Shown: positions 37,644 to 47,986, counted from the stretch's first letter. The stretch is 64,000 nt of DNA from an uncultured Gemmatimonadales bacterium (GCA_963716255.1 OY970303.1:1792001-1856000); one strand, 5' to 3'. Numbers and translations: made by a program. The notes: generated by a model from the sequence alone, not told the origin.

Positions 37644-38789
37644 CTACTCCTGCACCACGGGCGCGATGCGGTCCCGGTCGGTGTCGATGGTGCGCTCCAC
37701 CCACAGCACCTGCACCACCGTCCAGAAGAAGATCACCAGCGGCAGCGCCAGGAAGATCCCCAGGAACCCGAAGAGCCCGCCGAACAGGAGCAGCGCGAAC
37801 AGCGTGACGAACGGGTGCACCTCGGCCTCGCGGGACATGGCCCAGGGGGTGATGACGTTGGCCTCGATCTGCTGGATGGCGAGCGCCGCGACGGCGACCC
37901 AGGCGCCCTTGACCGGGTCGGCGATGAAGGCCACCATCGTGGCCGCGGTGCCGCCGATCCAGGGGCCGAAGATGGGGATGAACTCCACCAGCCCGTTGAG
38001 AAGCCCCAGCGCCAGCGCGTTGGGAACCCCGATGAGGTAGAAGGCCACCGTGCTCAGCGCGCCCACCGCCAGCATGGCGATCCCCGTCCCCTTGAGCCAC
38101 CCCACCAGGCGCTTCCCCAGCAGGTCGAGAATGCGGTAGACGGCCGGCCGGGCGCCGCGGGGGACGGCGCGCAGCAGGGGCGTCAGCAGCCGCTGGTTGG
38201 GCGACGCCAGCGCGTACAGCCCGCCGAAGAGCACGATCAGCACGAGCAGGATCACCTCCAGCAGCCCGGCGGCGCGGCCCAGCACCGCGCCGCCGCTCAG
38301 CTGGGGGAGGGCGCGCTGCGCACCGCCCCCGCCACCGCCGGGCACCCCGAGCGGGAGGCGGATCCCGGTCTGCTGGTAGACCCACTCCGCCCACTGCTTC
38401 AGCTGCGCCTGCATGCGCGGCAGGTCGCCCGCCAGGTCGCGGAACTGCGCCACCACCGCCGGCGCGCCGAACCAGAGGAGGCCGACCACCCCGGCGAGGA
38501 ACGCGACGCCCGTGATCGCCGCCACCCACTTGCGGTTCAGCGGGAGCCGGGAGGTCGCCGCGTTCAGCGCCACCGCGAGGATCGCCGCGGCGTAGGCGAG
38601 GAGCAGGGTCTCGGCGATGGTGCCGAAGAAGTGGAACAGCAGCGCGAGCAGAAAGGCGAGCCACACCGCCCGGTACAGGTGCCCCGGGCGGAGCAGGACC
38701 GCGCCCCCGGGCGGGGGCGGCGCGGCCACCACGCCGGCCGGGGGCGCGATGGGATCCGCGGCTGCGCGCTGCTCGGGGGTGTCGGCCAT
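37644..38789 (-). CDS. AI-2E family transporter
   Basis: EFIPIFGPWIG, QQIEANVITP, VHP, GFLGIFLALPL. Confidence 0.92.
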   Translation of the reverse strand: MADTPEQRAAADPIAPPAGVVAAPPPPGGAVLLRPGHLYRAVWLAFLLALLFHFFGTIAETLLLAYAAAILAVALNAATSRLPLNRKWVAAITGVAFLAGVVGLLWFGAPAVVAQFRDLAGDLPRMQAQLKQWAEWVYQQTGIRLPLGVPGGGGGGAQRALPQLSGGAVLGRAAGLLEVILLVLIVLFGGLYALASPNQRLLTPLLRAVPRGARPAVYRILDLLGKRLVGWLKGTGIAMLAVGALSTVAFYLIGVPNALALGLLNGLVEFIPIFGPWIGGTAATMVAFIADPVKGAWVAVAALAIQQIEANVITPWAMSREAEVHPFVTLFALLLFGGLFGFLGIFLALPLVIFFWTVVQVLWVERTIDTDRDRIAPVVQE

Positions 38790-38833
38790 GGGCTCGCTCG
38801 GTCCGGGAGAGGGAAGCGTCGGGCGCCTCAGGG

Positions 38834-38849
38834 GGCAAGTCCCGCACCA
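38834..38849 (-). promoter_or_regulatory. Putative sigma54 promoter
   Basis: Minus strand TGGTGCGGGACTTGCC, 45 bp upstream of ATG 38789. Confidence 0.45.
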
Positions 38850-38922
38850 GCCGCCAGCGCCGGGAAACGGCGAGGGGCCCACCCGCGGCGGGTGGACCCC
38901 TGGCATCGTGGCGCCGCGGCGG

Positions 38923-39309
38923 TCACCCCCGCGGCTCGCCCAGGACGCGCGCGACCTCGCGGGCGACCACCCGCGGGTCGACCGGCTTGGCGAGAATCCC
39001 CTGCGCCCCCACCGTGGCCGCCATCTGCGCCATGTCGCCCGCCACGGAGGCGGTGAAGAAGAGCACGGGGACCGCGGCGGTGCGCGGGTCCGCCCGGAGG
39101 GCCCGGCACACCGAGAAGCCGTCCATGCGCGGCATGGCGACGTCCAGGAGGACCAGGTCGGGCGGAGCCTCCGCGGCGGACGTGAGGGCGGCGGCACCGT
39201 CCGGTGCTTCCCGCACCTCGTATCCAAGGTGGGTCAGCATGGCGCGCTGGATGGTGCGCTCGTCCGGCTGGTCGTCCACGACGAGGATGGTCCGGCGCCC
39301 CTCACCCAC
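38923..39309 (-). CDS. Single-domain response regulator
   Basis: ILVVDD, PDLVLLDVAMP, FTA, KP all intact. Confidence 0.93.
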   Translation of the reverse strand: MGEGRRTILVVDDQPDERTIQRAMLTHLGYEVREAPDGAAALTSAAEAPPDLVLLDVAMPRMDGFSVCRALRADPRTAAVPVLFFTASVAGDMAQMAATVGAQGILAKPVDPRVVAREVARVLGEPRG

Positions 39310-39326
39310 GGGGGCGCCGCGGCCGA

Positions 39327-39674
39327 CTAGTCGTCGTCGTCATCCTCGTCGAAGCCCTCGAAGCCGCCGCCCTCCTCCTCGATGAGCTCGGTGAGCTGGG
39401 CGCCCCACGAGCTTTCCATCAGGCGGCGGACGCGGGGGAAGCGCTGGATCACCTCGGCCATCTCCGGCGTCACGAACAGCTCGGTGACGTCCTTGCGCTC
39501 GTAGCTCCCACCCTCGTCCTCGAGGAACGTCTTCAGCTCCTCGATGAGGTCCTGGAGGTCGCTCAGCAGCTCGCTCGGAAAGTGACCCGCGTCCAGCGCC
39601 ACGGCGGATTCCACCCAATCGTGGACCTGCGCGACGAGCGCGTCGAAGCGCTCGTCAGCCTGTGCGCTCTTCAT
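39327..39674 (-). CDS. Acidic hypothetical protein
   Basis: 115 aa ORF with RBS, typical codon usage, D/E-rich C-terminus. Confidence 0.8.
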   Translation of the reverse strand: MKSAQADERFDALVAQVHDWVESAVALDAGHFPSELLSDLQDLIEELKTFLEDEGGSYERKDVTELFVTPEMAEVIQRFPRVRRLMESSWGAQLTELIEEEGGGFEGFDEDDDDD

Positions 39675-39753
39675 CCCCTTCTGTCTCCTGATGCACGTGA
39701 TCTCCTGGGCCGCGTTCGCGGGCCCGGGGAGTGTGGGCGGCACGCGGCCAAAG

Positions 39754-39769
39754 CGCAACCCCCGTGCCC
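39754..39769 (-). promoter_or_regulatory. Putative sigma54 promoter (leftward)
   Basis: Minus strand GGGCACGGGGGTTGCG, close to consensus TGGCACG-N4-TTGC. Confidence 0.65.
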
Positions 39770-39805
39770 CGCGCGGCGGACGACCCGATACGGGTCCCAC
39801 ACCTG

Positions 39806-39932
39806 GTGTCCGCTTCTGGGACGCCGATTCCCACAGACGGGCAAAGCAGCCCCTGCACACCCATGGCGATGCCGACACAAACCACCCGACGACAGATACT
39901 TGCGTGATTCGACCACCGGGCACGGTACTTGT
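39806..39932 (+). promoter_or_regulatory. Dyad + sigma54-like promoter cassette (family C, copy 1)
   Basis: GTGTCCGCTTCTGGGACG...TCCCACAGACGGGCA, then GGGCACGGTACTTGT at 39918-39932. Confidence 0.6.
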
Positions 39933-40048
39933 CCTAGCAGAGGAGCGACCGCCGGCTCGCCGAGCGGGGCGCCCGCCCCGCCATGCAGGGGCCGCCGGCG
40001 CCCGGACCCACCCGACCTTTCGACCACGCCACGCCCGGAGAACGGACG

Positions 40049-40315
40049 ATGCCGGACTTCAACGTCGACCTGACCGCCCTCGCCGCCATCTGGATGGGCG
40101 GCTCCGTTCTCCTGGTGCCGCTGGCGGGGATCACCGCCCGCTACGGGATCCGCCCGCTGCTGGACTCAGTGGCCCGCGTCCGCGCTTCCGGCGCCCGCGG
40201 CGACGCCGACGCGCTGGAAAGCCGCTTCGCGGCGATGGAGCGCGGGCTGGACGAGCTGGCGCAGGCGGTGGACCGGCTCGCGGAGGAGTCGCGCCGCGGG
40301 CGCGCCGCCGCCTGA
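40049..40315 (+). CDS. Small membrane protein with C-terminal coiled coil
   Basis: GGAG RBS; one TM segment then LESRFAAMERGLDELAQAVDRL heptads. Confidence 0.75.
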   Translation: MPDFNVDLTALAAIWMGGSVLLVPLAGITARYGIRPLLDSVARVRASGARGDADALESRFAAMERGLDELAQAVDRLAEESRRGRAAA

Positions 40316-40373
40316 GCCGGGCCCCGCACGAACCTTTTTCAACTTCAGTTCATAGATAGCAGGAGACATCGCC

Positions 40374-41621
40374 TTGGACGTTCCGCGCAAATCGACCCGC
40401 AAGCGCCGCCGCTGGATCTACGGTGGTGTCGGCGTTGCGGCGCTGGTGCTGGTCACGCTCGCGCTTTCCAACCTGAAGCCCGCCGCCCCCTCGGTGGAAG
40501 GGGGCACGCTCTGGACCGACACCGTGCGCAAGGGGGACATGCTCCGCCAGGTCCGCGGGCCCGGGACCCTGGCCGCCGAGGAGGTGCGCTGGGTGTCGGC
40601 GGTGACGCAGGGACGGGTGGAAAGGAAGCTGATCCAGCCGGGGACCGCCGTGACGGCCGGCACCGTGATCCTGGAGCTGAGCAACCCGGACGTTGACCGG
40701 CAGGCGCTGGAGGCGCAGCGGCAGATGGTGGCCGCCCAGTCGGAGCTCGCCAACCTGCGGGCCACCCTGCAGAACCAGGTCCTCTCGCTGGAGGCCACCA
40801 TCGCCACGGTCAACGCGGAATACCGCGAGGCGCTGCGGCAGGCGGAGGTGAACGAGGGGCTGTCCTCGCGCGGGCTGGCCGCTCCCATGGACGTCGCCAA
40901 GGCGCGCGACCGCGGCGCGGAGCTGCAGACGCGGCTGGAAGTGGAGCGCAAGCGCCTGGGCTTCCTGCGCGAGTCCACCAAGACGCAGGTGGCCGCGCAG
41001 CAGGCGCAGGTGGAGATGCTTCGCGGGATCGTGGCGTTCCACCGGGGGCAGGTGACTTCCATGCAGGTGCGCGCGGGAACGGACGGCGTGCTCCAGGACC
41101 TGCCGGTGGAGATGGGCCAGTGGGTGAACTCGGGCGCGACGCTCGCCCGGGTGGTGCAGCCGGGCCGGCTCAAGGCGGTGCTGCGCATTCCCGAGACGCA
41201 GGTGCGCGACGTCACGGTGGGCCAGCCGGCTTCCATCGACACCCGGAACGGGATCGTCAAGGGGCGGGTGGTCCGCATCGACCCGGCGGCGCAGAACGGC
41301 ACGGTGACGGTGGACGTGGCGCTGGAGGGGGCGCTCCCCCGCGGCGCGCGGCCCGACCTGAGCGTGGACGGGACCGTGGACATCGAGCACCTGAGGAACG
41401 TGATGTACGTGGGGCGCCCGGCGTACGGGCAGCCGGAAAGCACCGTCGGCCTCTTCAAGCTGGTGGAAGGCGGCAAGGAGGCGGTGCGGGTGAACGTCCG
41501 GCTGGGACGCGGGTCCGCCAGCACCATCGAAGTGCAGGGCGGGCTCCAACCCGGAGACGTGGTGATCCTGTCCGACATGTCGCAGTGGGACTCGGCCGAC
41601 CGGGTCCGCCTCAACAAGTAG
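40374..41621 (+). CDS. Efflux periplasmic adaptor (HlyD/MacA-like membrane fusion protein)
   Basis: N-terminal TM, GRVERKLIQPG lipoyl half, coiled coil, GLQPGD; AGGAG RBS with TTG start. Confidence 0.92.
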   Translation: MDVPRKSTRKRRRWIYGGVGVAALVLVTLALSNLKPAAPSVEGGTLWTDTVRKGDMLRQVRGPGTLAAEEVRWVSAVTQGRVERKLIQPGTAVTAGTVILELSNPDVDRQALEAQRQMVAAQSELANLRATLQNQVLSLEATIATVNAEYREALRQAEVNEGLSSRGLAAPMDVAKARDRGAELQTRLEVERKRLGFLRESTKTQVAAQQAQVEMLRGIVAFHRGQVTSMQVRAGTDGVLQDLPVEMGQWVNSGATLARVVQPGRLKAVLRIPETQVRDVTVGQPASIDTRNGIVKGRVVRIDPAAQNGTVTVDVALEGALPRGARPDLSVDGTVDIEHLRNVMYVGRPAYGQPESTVGLFKLVEGGKEAVRVNVRLGRGSASTIEVQGGLQPGDVVILSDMSQWDSADRVRLNK

Positions 41622-41658
41622 CCCTCCCAACTCCCTCCCAACCCGAGGAGATCGACCC

Positions 41659-42396
41659 ATGGAGAACCACGAGCAGCCGCTGATCCACCTGGAGGGCGTG
41701 AGCAAGGTGTTCCTCACCGAGGAGGTGGAGACGCACGCCCTCGCCAACGTGCACCTGGAGATCCGCTCCGGCGAGTACGTGGCCATCGCGGGCCCCTCGG
41801 GCGGCGGAAAGACGACGCTGCTGTCCATCCTGGGGCTGCTGGACTCGCCCACGGACGGGACCTACCGCCTCAACGGCCGCCCGGTCTCGGGGCTCTCGGC
41901 GGCGGAGCGCGCGCGGATCCGCAACCGCGAGATCGGCTTCATCTTCCAGGCGTTCAACCTGATCGGCGACCTGACGGTGTACGAGAACGTGGAGCTGCCG
42001 CTGACCTACCGCGGCATGTCCGGGACGGAGCGCAAGCAGCGGGTGCAGGAGGCGCTGGAGCGGGTGGGGATGGGCCACCGCACCAACCACTACCCGTCGC
42101 AGCTCTCCGGCGGCCAGCAGCAGCGCGTGGCCGTGGCCCGCGCCATCGCCGGGAAGCCGCTGATCCTGCTGGCGGACGAGCCGACGGGGAACCTGGACTC
42201 GGTCAACGGCGAGGCGGTGATGGGCCTCCTCCAGGAGCTGCACCGCGAGGGCGCCACCATCTGCATGGTGACGCACGACCCGCGCTACGCGCAGCACGCG
42301 GAGCGCTCGGTGCACCTGTTCGACGGCCAGGTGGTGCGCGACGAGCGCAGCCCCGTGGCGGCGGAGCTGGAAAGGCACGGCTTCGAGCTGGCGTGA
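41659..42396 (+). CDS. ABC transporter ATP-binding protein (MacB/LolD-type)
   Basis: GPSGGGKTT, IGFIFQAFNL, LSGGQQQR, LADEPTGNLD, VTHD. Confidence 0.95.
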   Translation: MENHEQPLIHLEGVSKVFLTEEVETHALANVHLEIRSGEYVAIAGPSGGGKTTLLSILGLLDSPTDGTYRLNGRPVSGLSAAERARIRNREIGFIFQAFNLIGDLTVYENVELPLTYRGMSGTERKQRVQEALERVGMGHRTNHYPSQLSGGQQQRVAVARAIAGKPLILLADEPTGNLDSVNGEAVMGLLQELHREGATICMVTHDPRYAQHAERSVHLFDGQVVRDERSPVAAELERHGFELA

Positions 42397-42466
42397 GCCG
42401 AGCGCGCGGGGTGAGCCCGGCACGGACCGGGACGCCCCGGGCACGCGGATGCGCGGAACGCAGGAC

Positions 42467-42580
42467 GGGTCCGCCCGTGGGACGCTGATCCCACGGGCGG
42501 ACAACGCATCGGAGGGAAGAAGCCCCAGGCCGTTGCCACGCAGCGGCCTGGGTCGTTATCGTCCGGGGCACGGTGCGGAG
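42467..42580 (+). promoter_or_regulatory. Family C cassette, copy 2 (-12 element degenerate)
   Basis: Perfect inverted repeat GTCCGCCCGTGGGA/TCCCACGGGCGGAC; palindrome 42524-42552; GGGCACG at 42566. Confidence 0.5.
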
Positions 42581-42597
42581 GCGCGCGCCGGCACCCC

Positions 42598-42738
42598 GCG
42601 TGAGGGATTTCGGCCCGAAGGGGCGAGACCCCGCGGGCAGTTTTCGCGGGGGCTCGACTCCGTTACGCACGGTTGTTTCGTGCGTTACGGAGCCGAAGCC
42701 CGACCCCGGCGCCAGCCGGGGGCACGCCCGAACACGCA
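42598..42738 (+). repeat. Structured repeat family A, copy 9
   Basis: Full-length; ends about 30 bp before permease ATG 42767. Confidence 0.9.
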
Positions 42739-42766
42739 GTTCACAACACCCATTAAACGACACGAC

Positions 42767-45232
42767 ATGAATACCCTGCTCCAGGATCTCCGCTACGGCT
42801 GGCGCGCGCTGCTCAAGAGCCCCGGGTTCGCCGTGACGGCGGTGCTGACGATCGCGCTGGGGATCGGGGCGACCACCACCGTCTTCACCCTCGTGAACGC
42901 GCTGCTGCTGCGCCCCCTCCCGGTGGCGGAGCCGGGGCGGCTGGTGCAGGTGGAGGAGCTGCGGCGGCCCAGCGGGGGCGGGGAGCCGTTCGGGACCACT
43001 TCGTACTCGTACCCGCGCTACGCGGAGCTGCGCGACGGCTCGGGCCGGGTTCTCACGGGGCTGGCGGCGCAGGGGATGGGCGACATGGCGCTGCGGTCGG
43101 GGAGCCAGGCGGAGGCGGTGATGGGCGTCTACGCTTCGGGCAGCTACTTCGGGGTGCTGGGGATCCGCCCGGAGGTGGGACGCTTCTTCGGGGCGGACGA
43201 GGACCGGCCGGGAAGCCCGGGCGCGGTGGCGGTGATCAGCGAGCACCTGTGGAGGACGCGCTTCGGGGGGGAGCGCTCGGCGCTCGGGCAGACCATTCAC
43301 CTCAACGGGCAGCCGGTGACGGTGGTGGGGGTGGCCCCCCGCGGCTTCGGCGGGACGTTCGTGGGGGTGCAGGCCGACGTGTGGGTCCCCATCGCGATGT
43401 ACCCGCGGCTCAACCGGCAGCCGGACGAGGACACCTACGGGCGGGGGCGCCACGTGTGGCTGACGCTCTTCGGGCGGCTGAAGACGGGGGTGTCGCAGGA
43501 GCTCGCGGCGTCGGCGATGGGCGCGGCGGCGCGGGGCATCGCGCCGGAGCTGGAGGGCGACGCGCCCCCGGTGGGGGTGCGCCTGCAGCCGCTCACGGGC
43601 CTGCCCCCGGATGCGCGGGGGGCGGTGCTGGGCTTCATGTCGATGCTGCTCGCCACGGCGGGGCTGGTCATGCTCATCGCCGGGACCAACGTCGCGGGGA
43701 TGATGCTGGCCCGGGCGACCACGCGGCGCCGCGAGGTGGCGATCCGGCTGGCCGTGGGAGCGGGACGCGGACGCCTGGTGCGGCAGCTCCTCACGGAAAG
43801 CCTGGTCCTGTTCGTGGCGGGGGGGACGGGGGGGCTGCTGCTGGCGATCTGGCTGTCGAAGCTGATCGCGGCCTTCCAGCCGCCGGTGCAGCAGCGTATC
43901 GCCCTGGACCTGGGCCCGGACCTGCGGGTGCTGGGCTTCACCCTGCTGCTGGCGCTGGTCGCCGGGGTGGGCTTCGGGCTGACGCCGGCGCTGCGGGCGT
44001 CGCACCCGGACGTGCTGCCCGTGCTGCGCGAGACTTCGGGCGGCCGGGGGGCGGGGCGCACCCGGCTGCGCAGCGCTTTCGTGGTGGCGCAGCTCGCCAT
44101 GTCGCTGCTTCTGCTGGTGACGGCGGGGCTGTTCGTGCAGGCGCTGCGCGGCGCCCTGGCGACGGACCTGGGCTTCGAGCCGGACGGGGTGGTGGTGGCC
44201 GACCTGAACCTGCGGGCGCAGGGCTTCGACTCGGTGCGCGGCATGGCGTTCCACGCGCAGGCGGTGGAGCGGCTCTCGGGGCTCCCGGGGGTGGAGGCGG
44301 TGGGGGCGGCGCGGTTCGCCCCCATGAGCGGAAACCTGCTGACGACGACCGTGGACACGCGGGAGCGCCCCGTCGCGACGGACGTGGCGGGCCGGCGGGA
44401 GTCGAACACGAACTACATGGAGGTGGACGACGGCTACTTCCGCGCCCTGCAGGTCCCGCTGCTGGCCGGCCGGGGCTTCACCGCGAACGACCGGGAGGGC
44501 GCCACGCCGGTGGTGGTGGTCAACCAGACGCTGGCCCGCCGCTGGTGGCCGGGGGAGAGCCCCGTGGGCAAGCGACTGCGGGTGTTCGACGTGGAGCACG
44601 AGGTGGTGGGCCTGGCCCGCGACGGCAAGTACCAGGAGCTGGGCGAGGACCCCGTCTCCTACGTGTACCTGCCCATGGCGCAGCGGAACGTGGACCGCAT
44701 GACGCTCTTCGTGCGGTCGCGGACGGAGCCGGGCTCCACCCTGGCGGCCGTGCGCCGCGAGATCGCCGCCCTGGACCCGGACATGCCGCTCCAGCAGGCG
44801 ATGCCTTTTCCGGCGATGGTGGGGATGAGCCTGTTCCCGCAGCGCATCGCGGCGGTGCTGGTCGGGGTGTTCGGGGTGCTGGGGCTGGTCCTGGCGGCGG
44901 TGGGGATCTACGGCGTGCTGGCGTTCCACGTGGGGCAGCGCACGCAGGAGATCGGGGTGCGGATGGCGCTGGGCGCCACCGGCGCCGACGTGGTGCGCTT
45001 GGTCCTGCGGCAGGGCATGGTGCTCGTGGCCGTGGGCGTGGCGCTGGGCCTGGCCGCCGCCTTCGCCGCGACACGCCTCCTCGCCAGCTTCCTCCACGGC
45101 GTGAGCGCCACCGACCCCGCCACCTTCGTCGCCGTTCCCCTCCTGCTCGCCGCCGTCGCCCTGCTGGCGAGCTGGCTCCCCGCCCGCCGCGCCTCCCGGG
45201 TGGACCCCATGACGGCGCTGCGGACGGAGTGA
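42767..45232 (+). CDS. ABC permease, ADOP-type (duplicated MacB_PCD/FtsX) no. 1
   Basis: MNTLLQDLRY, LALGIG-like TM1, RREVAIRLAVGA, QLLTES, EIGVRMALGA, PARRASRVDPMTALRTE. Confidence 0.93.
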   Translation: MNTLLQDLRYGWRALLKSPGFAVTAVLTIALGIGATTTVFTLVNALLLRPLPVAEPGRLVQVEELRRPSGGGEPFGTTSYSYPRYAELRDGSGRVLTGLAAQGMGDMALRSGSQAEAVMGVYASGSYFGVLGIRPEVGRFFGADEDRPGSPGAVAVISEHLWRTRFGGERSALGQTIHLNGQPVTVVGVAPRGFGGTFVGVQADVWVPIAMYPRLNRQPDEDTYGRGRHVWLTLFGRLKTGVSQELAASAMGAAARGIAPELEGDAPPVGVRLQPLTGLPPDARGAVLGFMSMLLATAGLVMLIAGTNVAGMMLARATTRRREVAIRLAVGAGRGRLVRQLLTESLVLFVAGGTGGLLLAIWLSKLIAAFQPPVQQRIALDLGPDLRVLGFTLLLALVAGVGFGLTPALRASHPDVLPVLRETSGGRGAGRTRLRSAFVVAQLAMSLLLLVTAGLFVQALRGALATDLGFEPDGVVVADLNLRAQGFDSVRGMAFHAQAVERLSGLPGVEAVGAARFAPMSGNLLTTTVDTRERPVATDVAGRRESNTNYMEVDDGYFRALQVPLLAGRGFTANDREGATPVVVVNQTLARRWWPGESPVGKRLRVFDVEHEVVGLARDGKYQELGEDPVSYVYLPMAQRNVDRMTLFVRSRTEPGSTLAAVRREIAALDPDMPLQQAMPFPAMVGMSLFPQRIAAVLVGVFGVLGLVLAAVGIYGVLAFHVGQRTQEIGVRMALGATGADVVRLVLRQGMVLVAVGVALGLAAAFAATRLLASFLHGVSATDPATFVAVPLLLAAVALLASWLPARRASRVDPMTALRTE

Positions 45233-45291
45233 GGAACGGCAGGGAATAGGGAACAGCCTGCAACTGCGGTACGAAGTACGCGGACGCGCGG

Positions 45292-45406
45292 GTGTCCGCT
45301 TGCGGGACGATGAATCCCACGGGCGCACATCCGGCCGAGCAAGAAAAATCCCAGGTCGTTGCGATGCAACGACCTGGGATTTTTCGTGGAGGGCACGCAC
45401 CTCGCT
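45292..45406 (+). promoter_or_regulatory. Family C cassette, copy 3
   Basis: GTGTCCGCTTGCGGGACG..TCCCACGGGCGCACA; palindrome 45344-45384; GGGCACGCACCTCGCT at 45391-45406. Confidence 0.6.
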
Positions 45407-45444
45407 TTGGGTGTGCGGCGTGGACGCCCACGCGCCGGCACCCC

Positions 45445-45490
45445 GCGTTACGGAGCCGAAGCCCGACCCGGCGCCAGCCGGGGCACGCCC
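45445..45490 (+). repeat. Structured repeat family A, copy 10 (internally deleted)
   Basis: Shares the 5' flank of copy 9 but jumps from GCGT to TACGGAGCCGAAGCCC. Confidence 0.85.
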
Positions 45491-45552
45491 AGACCGTCTG
45501 TCGAAGCTGTTCAAGCAGTTCAAGCCGTCCAGAAACCCCACGAGGCTCACCC

Positions 45553-47976
45553 ATGGACACGTTGCTCCAGGACCTGCGCTACGCGTTCCGCACCCTGTCG
45601 AAGAGCCGCGGCTTCACCGCGGTGGCCGTGCTTTCGCTGGCGCTGGGGATCGGGGTGAACACGGCGGTGTTCAGCGTGGTGAACACCTTCCTGTTCCGCC
45701 CGCTCCCCATGAGCGACGCGGAGCGGGTGGTGATGCTGTTCACGACCCAGGCGCGCCAGGGGATCGAGGGGGCGCCGTTCAGCGTGGCGGACCTGGAGGA
45801 CGTGCGCGCGCAGAGCACGACGCTGGCGGACGTGGCCGCGGTGGCGCGGGGCGGCTTCAACCTGGCGGGCGGCGACGAGCCGGAGCGGGTGTCGGGGGCG
45901 TGGATCACCCGCAACCTCTTTCCCCTCACGGGCGAGAAGCCGCTGCTGGGACGCAACTTCCTCCCGGAGGAGGACCGCCCGGGCGGGGAGCCGGTGGTGA
46001 TCCTGGGGCACGGCCTGTGGCAGCGGCGCTTCGGGGGGCGGGCGGACGTGCTGGGCCGCACGGTGCTGGTGAGCGGCAGGCCGCGCGTGGTGGTGGGGGT
46101 GATGGGGCCCGCGTTCAAGTTCCCGGAGACGGAGGAGCTGTGGGTGCCGCTGCAGGCGGACCCGGCGGAGGCCCGGGGCGAGCGCTACCTGCTGGCGATC
46201 GGGCGGCTGCGCCCGGGCGCGGCCGTGGAGGCGGCCGACGCGGAGCTGGCGGGGATCGCCCGGCGCGCGGAGGCGGCCAGCCCGGCGACCAACGCGGGGT
46301 GGAGCTTCGGGGCGAGGCGCTGGCGCGACGAGTGGGTGGACGCGGAGCTGCGCCTCTCGCTCTTTTTGATGATGGGGGCGGTGAGCTTCGTGCTGCTGAT
46401 CGCCTGCGCCAACGTGGCCAACCTGCTCCTGGCGCGGGCGGCGGGGCGCGGGCGGGAGATCGCGGTGCGGGCGGCGATGGGGGCGGGGCGGCGCCGCATC
46501 GTGCGGCAGCTGCTCACGGAAAGCCTGCTGGTGGCGGTGGCCGGCGGCGCGCTGGGGACGCTGGTGGCGATGTGGTGGATCGACTGGACGATGTCGCGGA
46601 TCCCGGAGGAGCTGGCGTACTGGATCGTCTTCCGGGTGGACGGGCGGGTGCTGGCGTTCACCCTGGCGCTGTCGGCGGCGACGGGGGTGGGGTTCGGGCT
46701 GCTCCCGGCGCTGCGCGCTTCGCGGACGGACCTGGTGGGCTCGCTCAAGGACGGGGCCCGCTCGGGCGACGGCGGACCGGGGCGGAGCCGCCTGCGCGGC
46801 GCGCTGGCGGCGGGCGAGGTGGCGCTGGCGCTGGTGCTGCTGGTGGGCGCGGGGCTGATGGTGCGCAGCTTCATGGCGGCGACGCGCGCGGACGTGGGGG
46901 TGGACACGGAGCACGTGCTGACGATGCGCACTTCGCTGACCGGGAGCCGCTACGAGGGCACGGCGGCGCGGGTCGCGGCCTTCGAGCGGATCGCGGCGCG
47001 GGTGGAGTCGCTCCCGGGGGTGAGGGGGGCGGCCTGGTCGCTGGGGGTGCCGGGGAGCGACGCGGGCGGCGTGGGGACGACCATCGTGGCGGAGGGGCAG
47101 CCGCGCGCGCCGGGCGAGGAGATGGCGGTGCGCTACCTGTCCTCCACGCCGGGGGTGTTCCGGGCGTACGGGGCACCGCTGCTGGCGGGCCGCGACTTCA
47201 CCGCGCGGGAGGCGGCGGACAGCACCTCCACCCCCGTGATCCTGGGCCAGGCGGTGGCCCGGCGGCTGTGGCCGGGGCAGGACCCGCTGGGGAAGCGGGT
47301 GCAGCTGGTGGTGGGGGAGCGCACGCCGTGGCTCACGGTGGTGGGGATCGCGCCGGACCTGCGCTACGAGGAGCCGGGCGACGGCGACCCGCAGGCGGCG
47401 CTGCACGCCTACCTGCCGTACGCGCGGGCCGGGTTCGGGATGATGACGCTGGTGGTGCGCACGTCGGGCGACCCGGCGGCGACGACCCCCGCGGTGCGGC
47501 GCGAGGTGCGCGCGGTGGACCCCGCCCTCCCCGTGTGGGACGTGCGCACCATGCGCGAGACGCAGGCGTACGCCGCCTGGAACCGCCGGCTGATGGGGGA
47601 GATCTTCGGCTCGTTCGGGGCGCTGGCGCTGGTGCTGGCGACGCTGGGCGTGTACGGGGTCATGGCCTACGCGGTGTCGCAGCGCACCCGCGAGATCGGC
47701 ATCCGCATGGCGCTGGGCGCGCAGGCCGCGGACGTGCTGCGCATGGTGGTGGGCCGCGGCGCCCTGATCGCGGCTGCCGGGGTGGGCGCGGGCCTGCTGG
47801 GCGCCTTCGCGGTGTCGCGGGTGATGCGGGGGATCCTGTTCGGCGTGCAGCCCGGCGACCCGCTGACCTTCGGCGGCGTCGCCGCGCTGCTGCTGGGGAC
47901 CGCGCTGCTGGCCAGCTGGCTCCCCGCCCGCCGCGCCGCCCGCCTGGACCCGCTGACCGCCCTGCGGACGGAGTGA
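45553..47976 (+). CDS. ABC permease, ADOP-type no. 2
   Basis: MDTLLQDLRY, LIACANVANLLLAR, EIGIRMALGA, DPLTALRTE. Confidence 0.93.
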   Translation: MDTLLQDLRYAFRTLSKSRGFTAVAVLSLALGIGVNTAVFSVVNTFLFRPLPMSDAERVVMLFTTQARQGIEGAPFSVADLEDVRAQSTTLADVAAVARGGFNLAGGDEPERVSGAWITRNLFPLTGEKPLLGRNFLPEEDRPGGEPVVILGHGLWQRRFGGRADVLGRTVLVSGRPRVVVGVMGPAFKFPETEELWVPLQADPAEARGERYLLAIGRLRPGAAVEAADAELAGIARRAEAASPATNAGWSFGARRWRDEWVDAELRLSLFLMMGAVSFVLLIACANVANLLLARAAGRGREIAVRAAMGAGRRRIVRQLLTESLLVAVAGGALGTLVAMWWIDWTMSRIPEELAYWIVFRVDGRVLAFTLALSAATGVGFGLLPALRASRTDLVGSLKDGARSGDGGPGRSRLRGALAAGEVALALVLLVGAGLMVRSFMAATRADVGVDTEHVLTMRTSLTGSRYEGTAARVAAFERIAARVESLPGVRGAAWSLGVPGSDAGGVGTTIVAEGQPRAPGEEMAVRYLSSTPGVFRAYGAPLLAGRDFTAREAADSTSTPVILGQAVARRLWPGQDPLGKRVQLVVGERTPWLTVVGIAPDLRYEEPGDGDPQAALHAYLPYARAGFGMMTLVVRTSGDPAATTPAVRREVRAVDPALPVWDVRTMRETQAYAAWNRRLMGEIFGSFGALALVLATLGVYGVMAYAVSQRTREIGIRMALGAQAADVLRMVVGRGALIAAAGVGAGLLGAFAVSRVMRGILFGVQPGDPLTFGGVAALLLGTALLASWLPARRAARLDPLTALRTE

Positions 47977-47986
47977 GGGAACGGCG

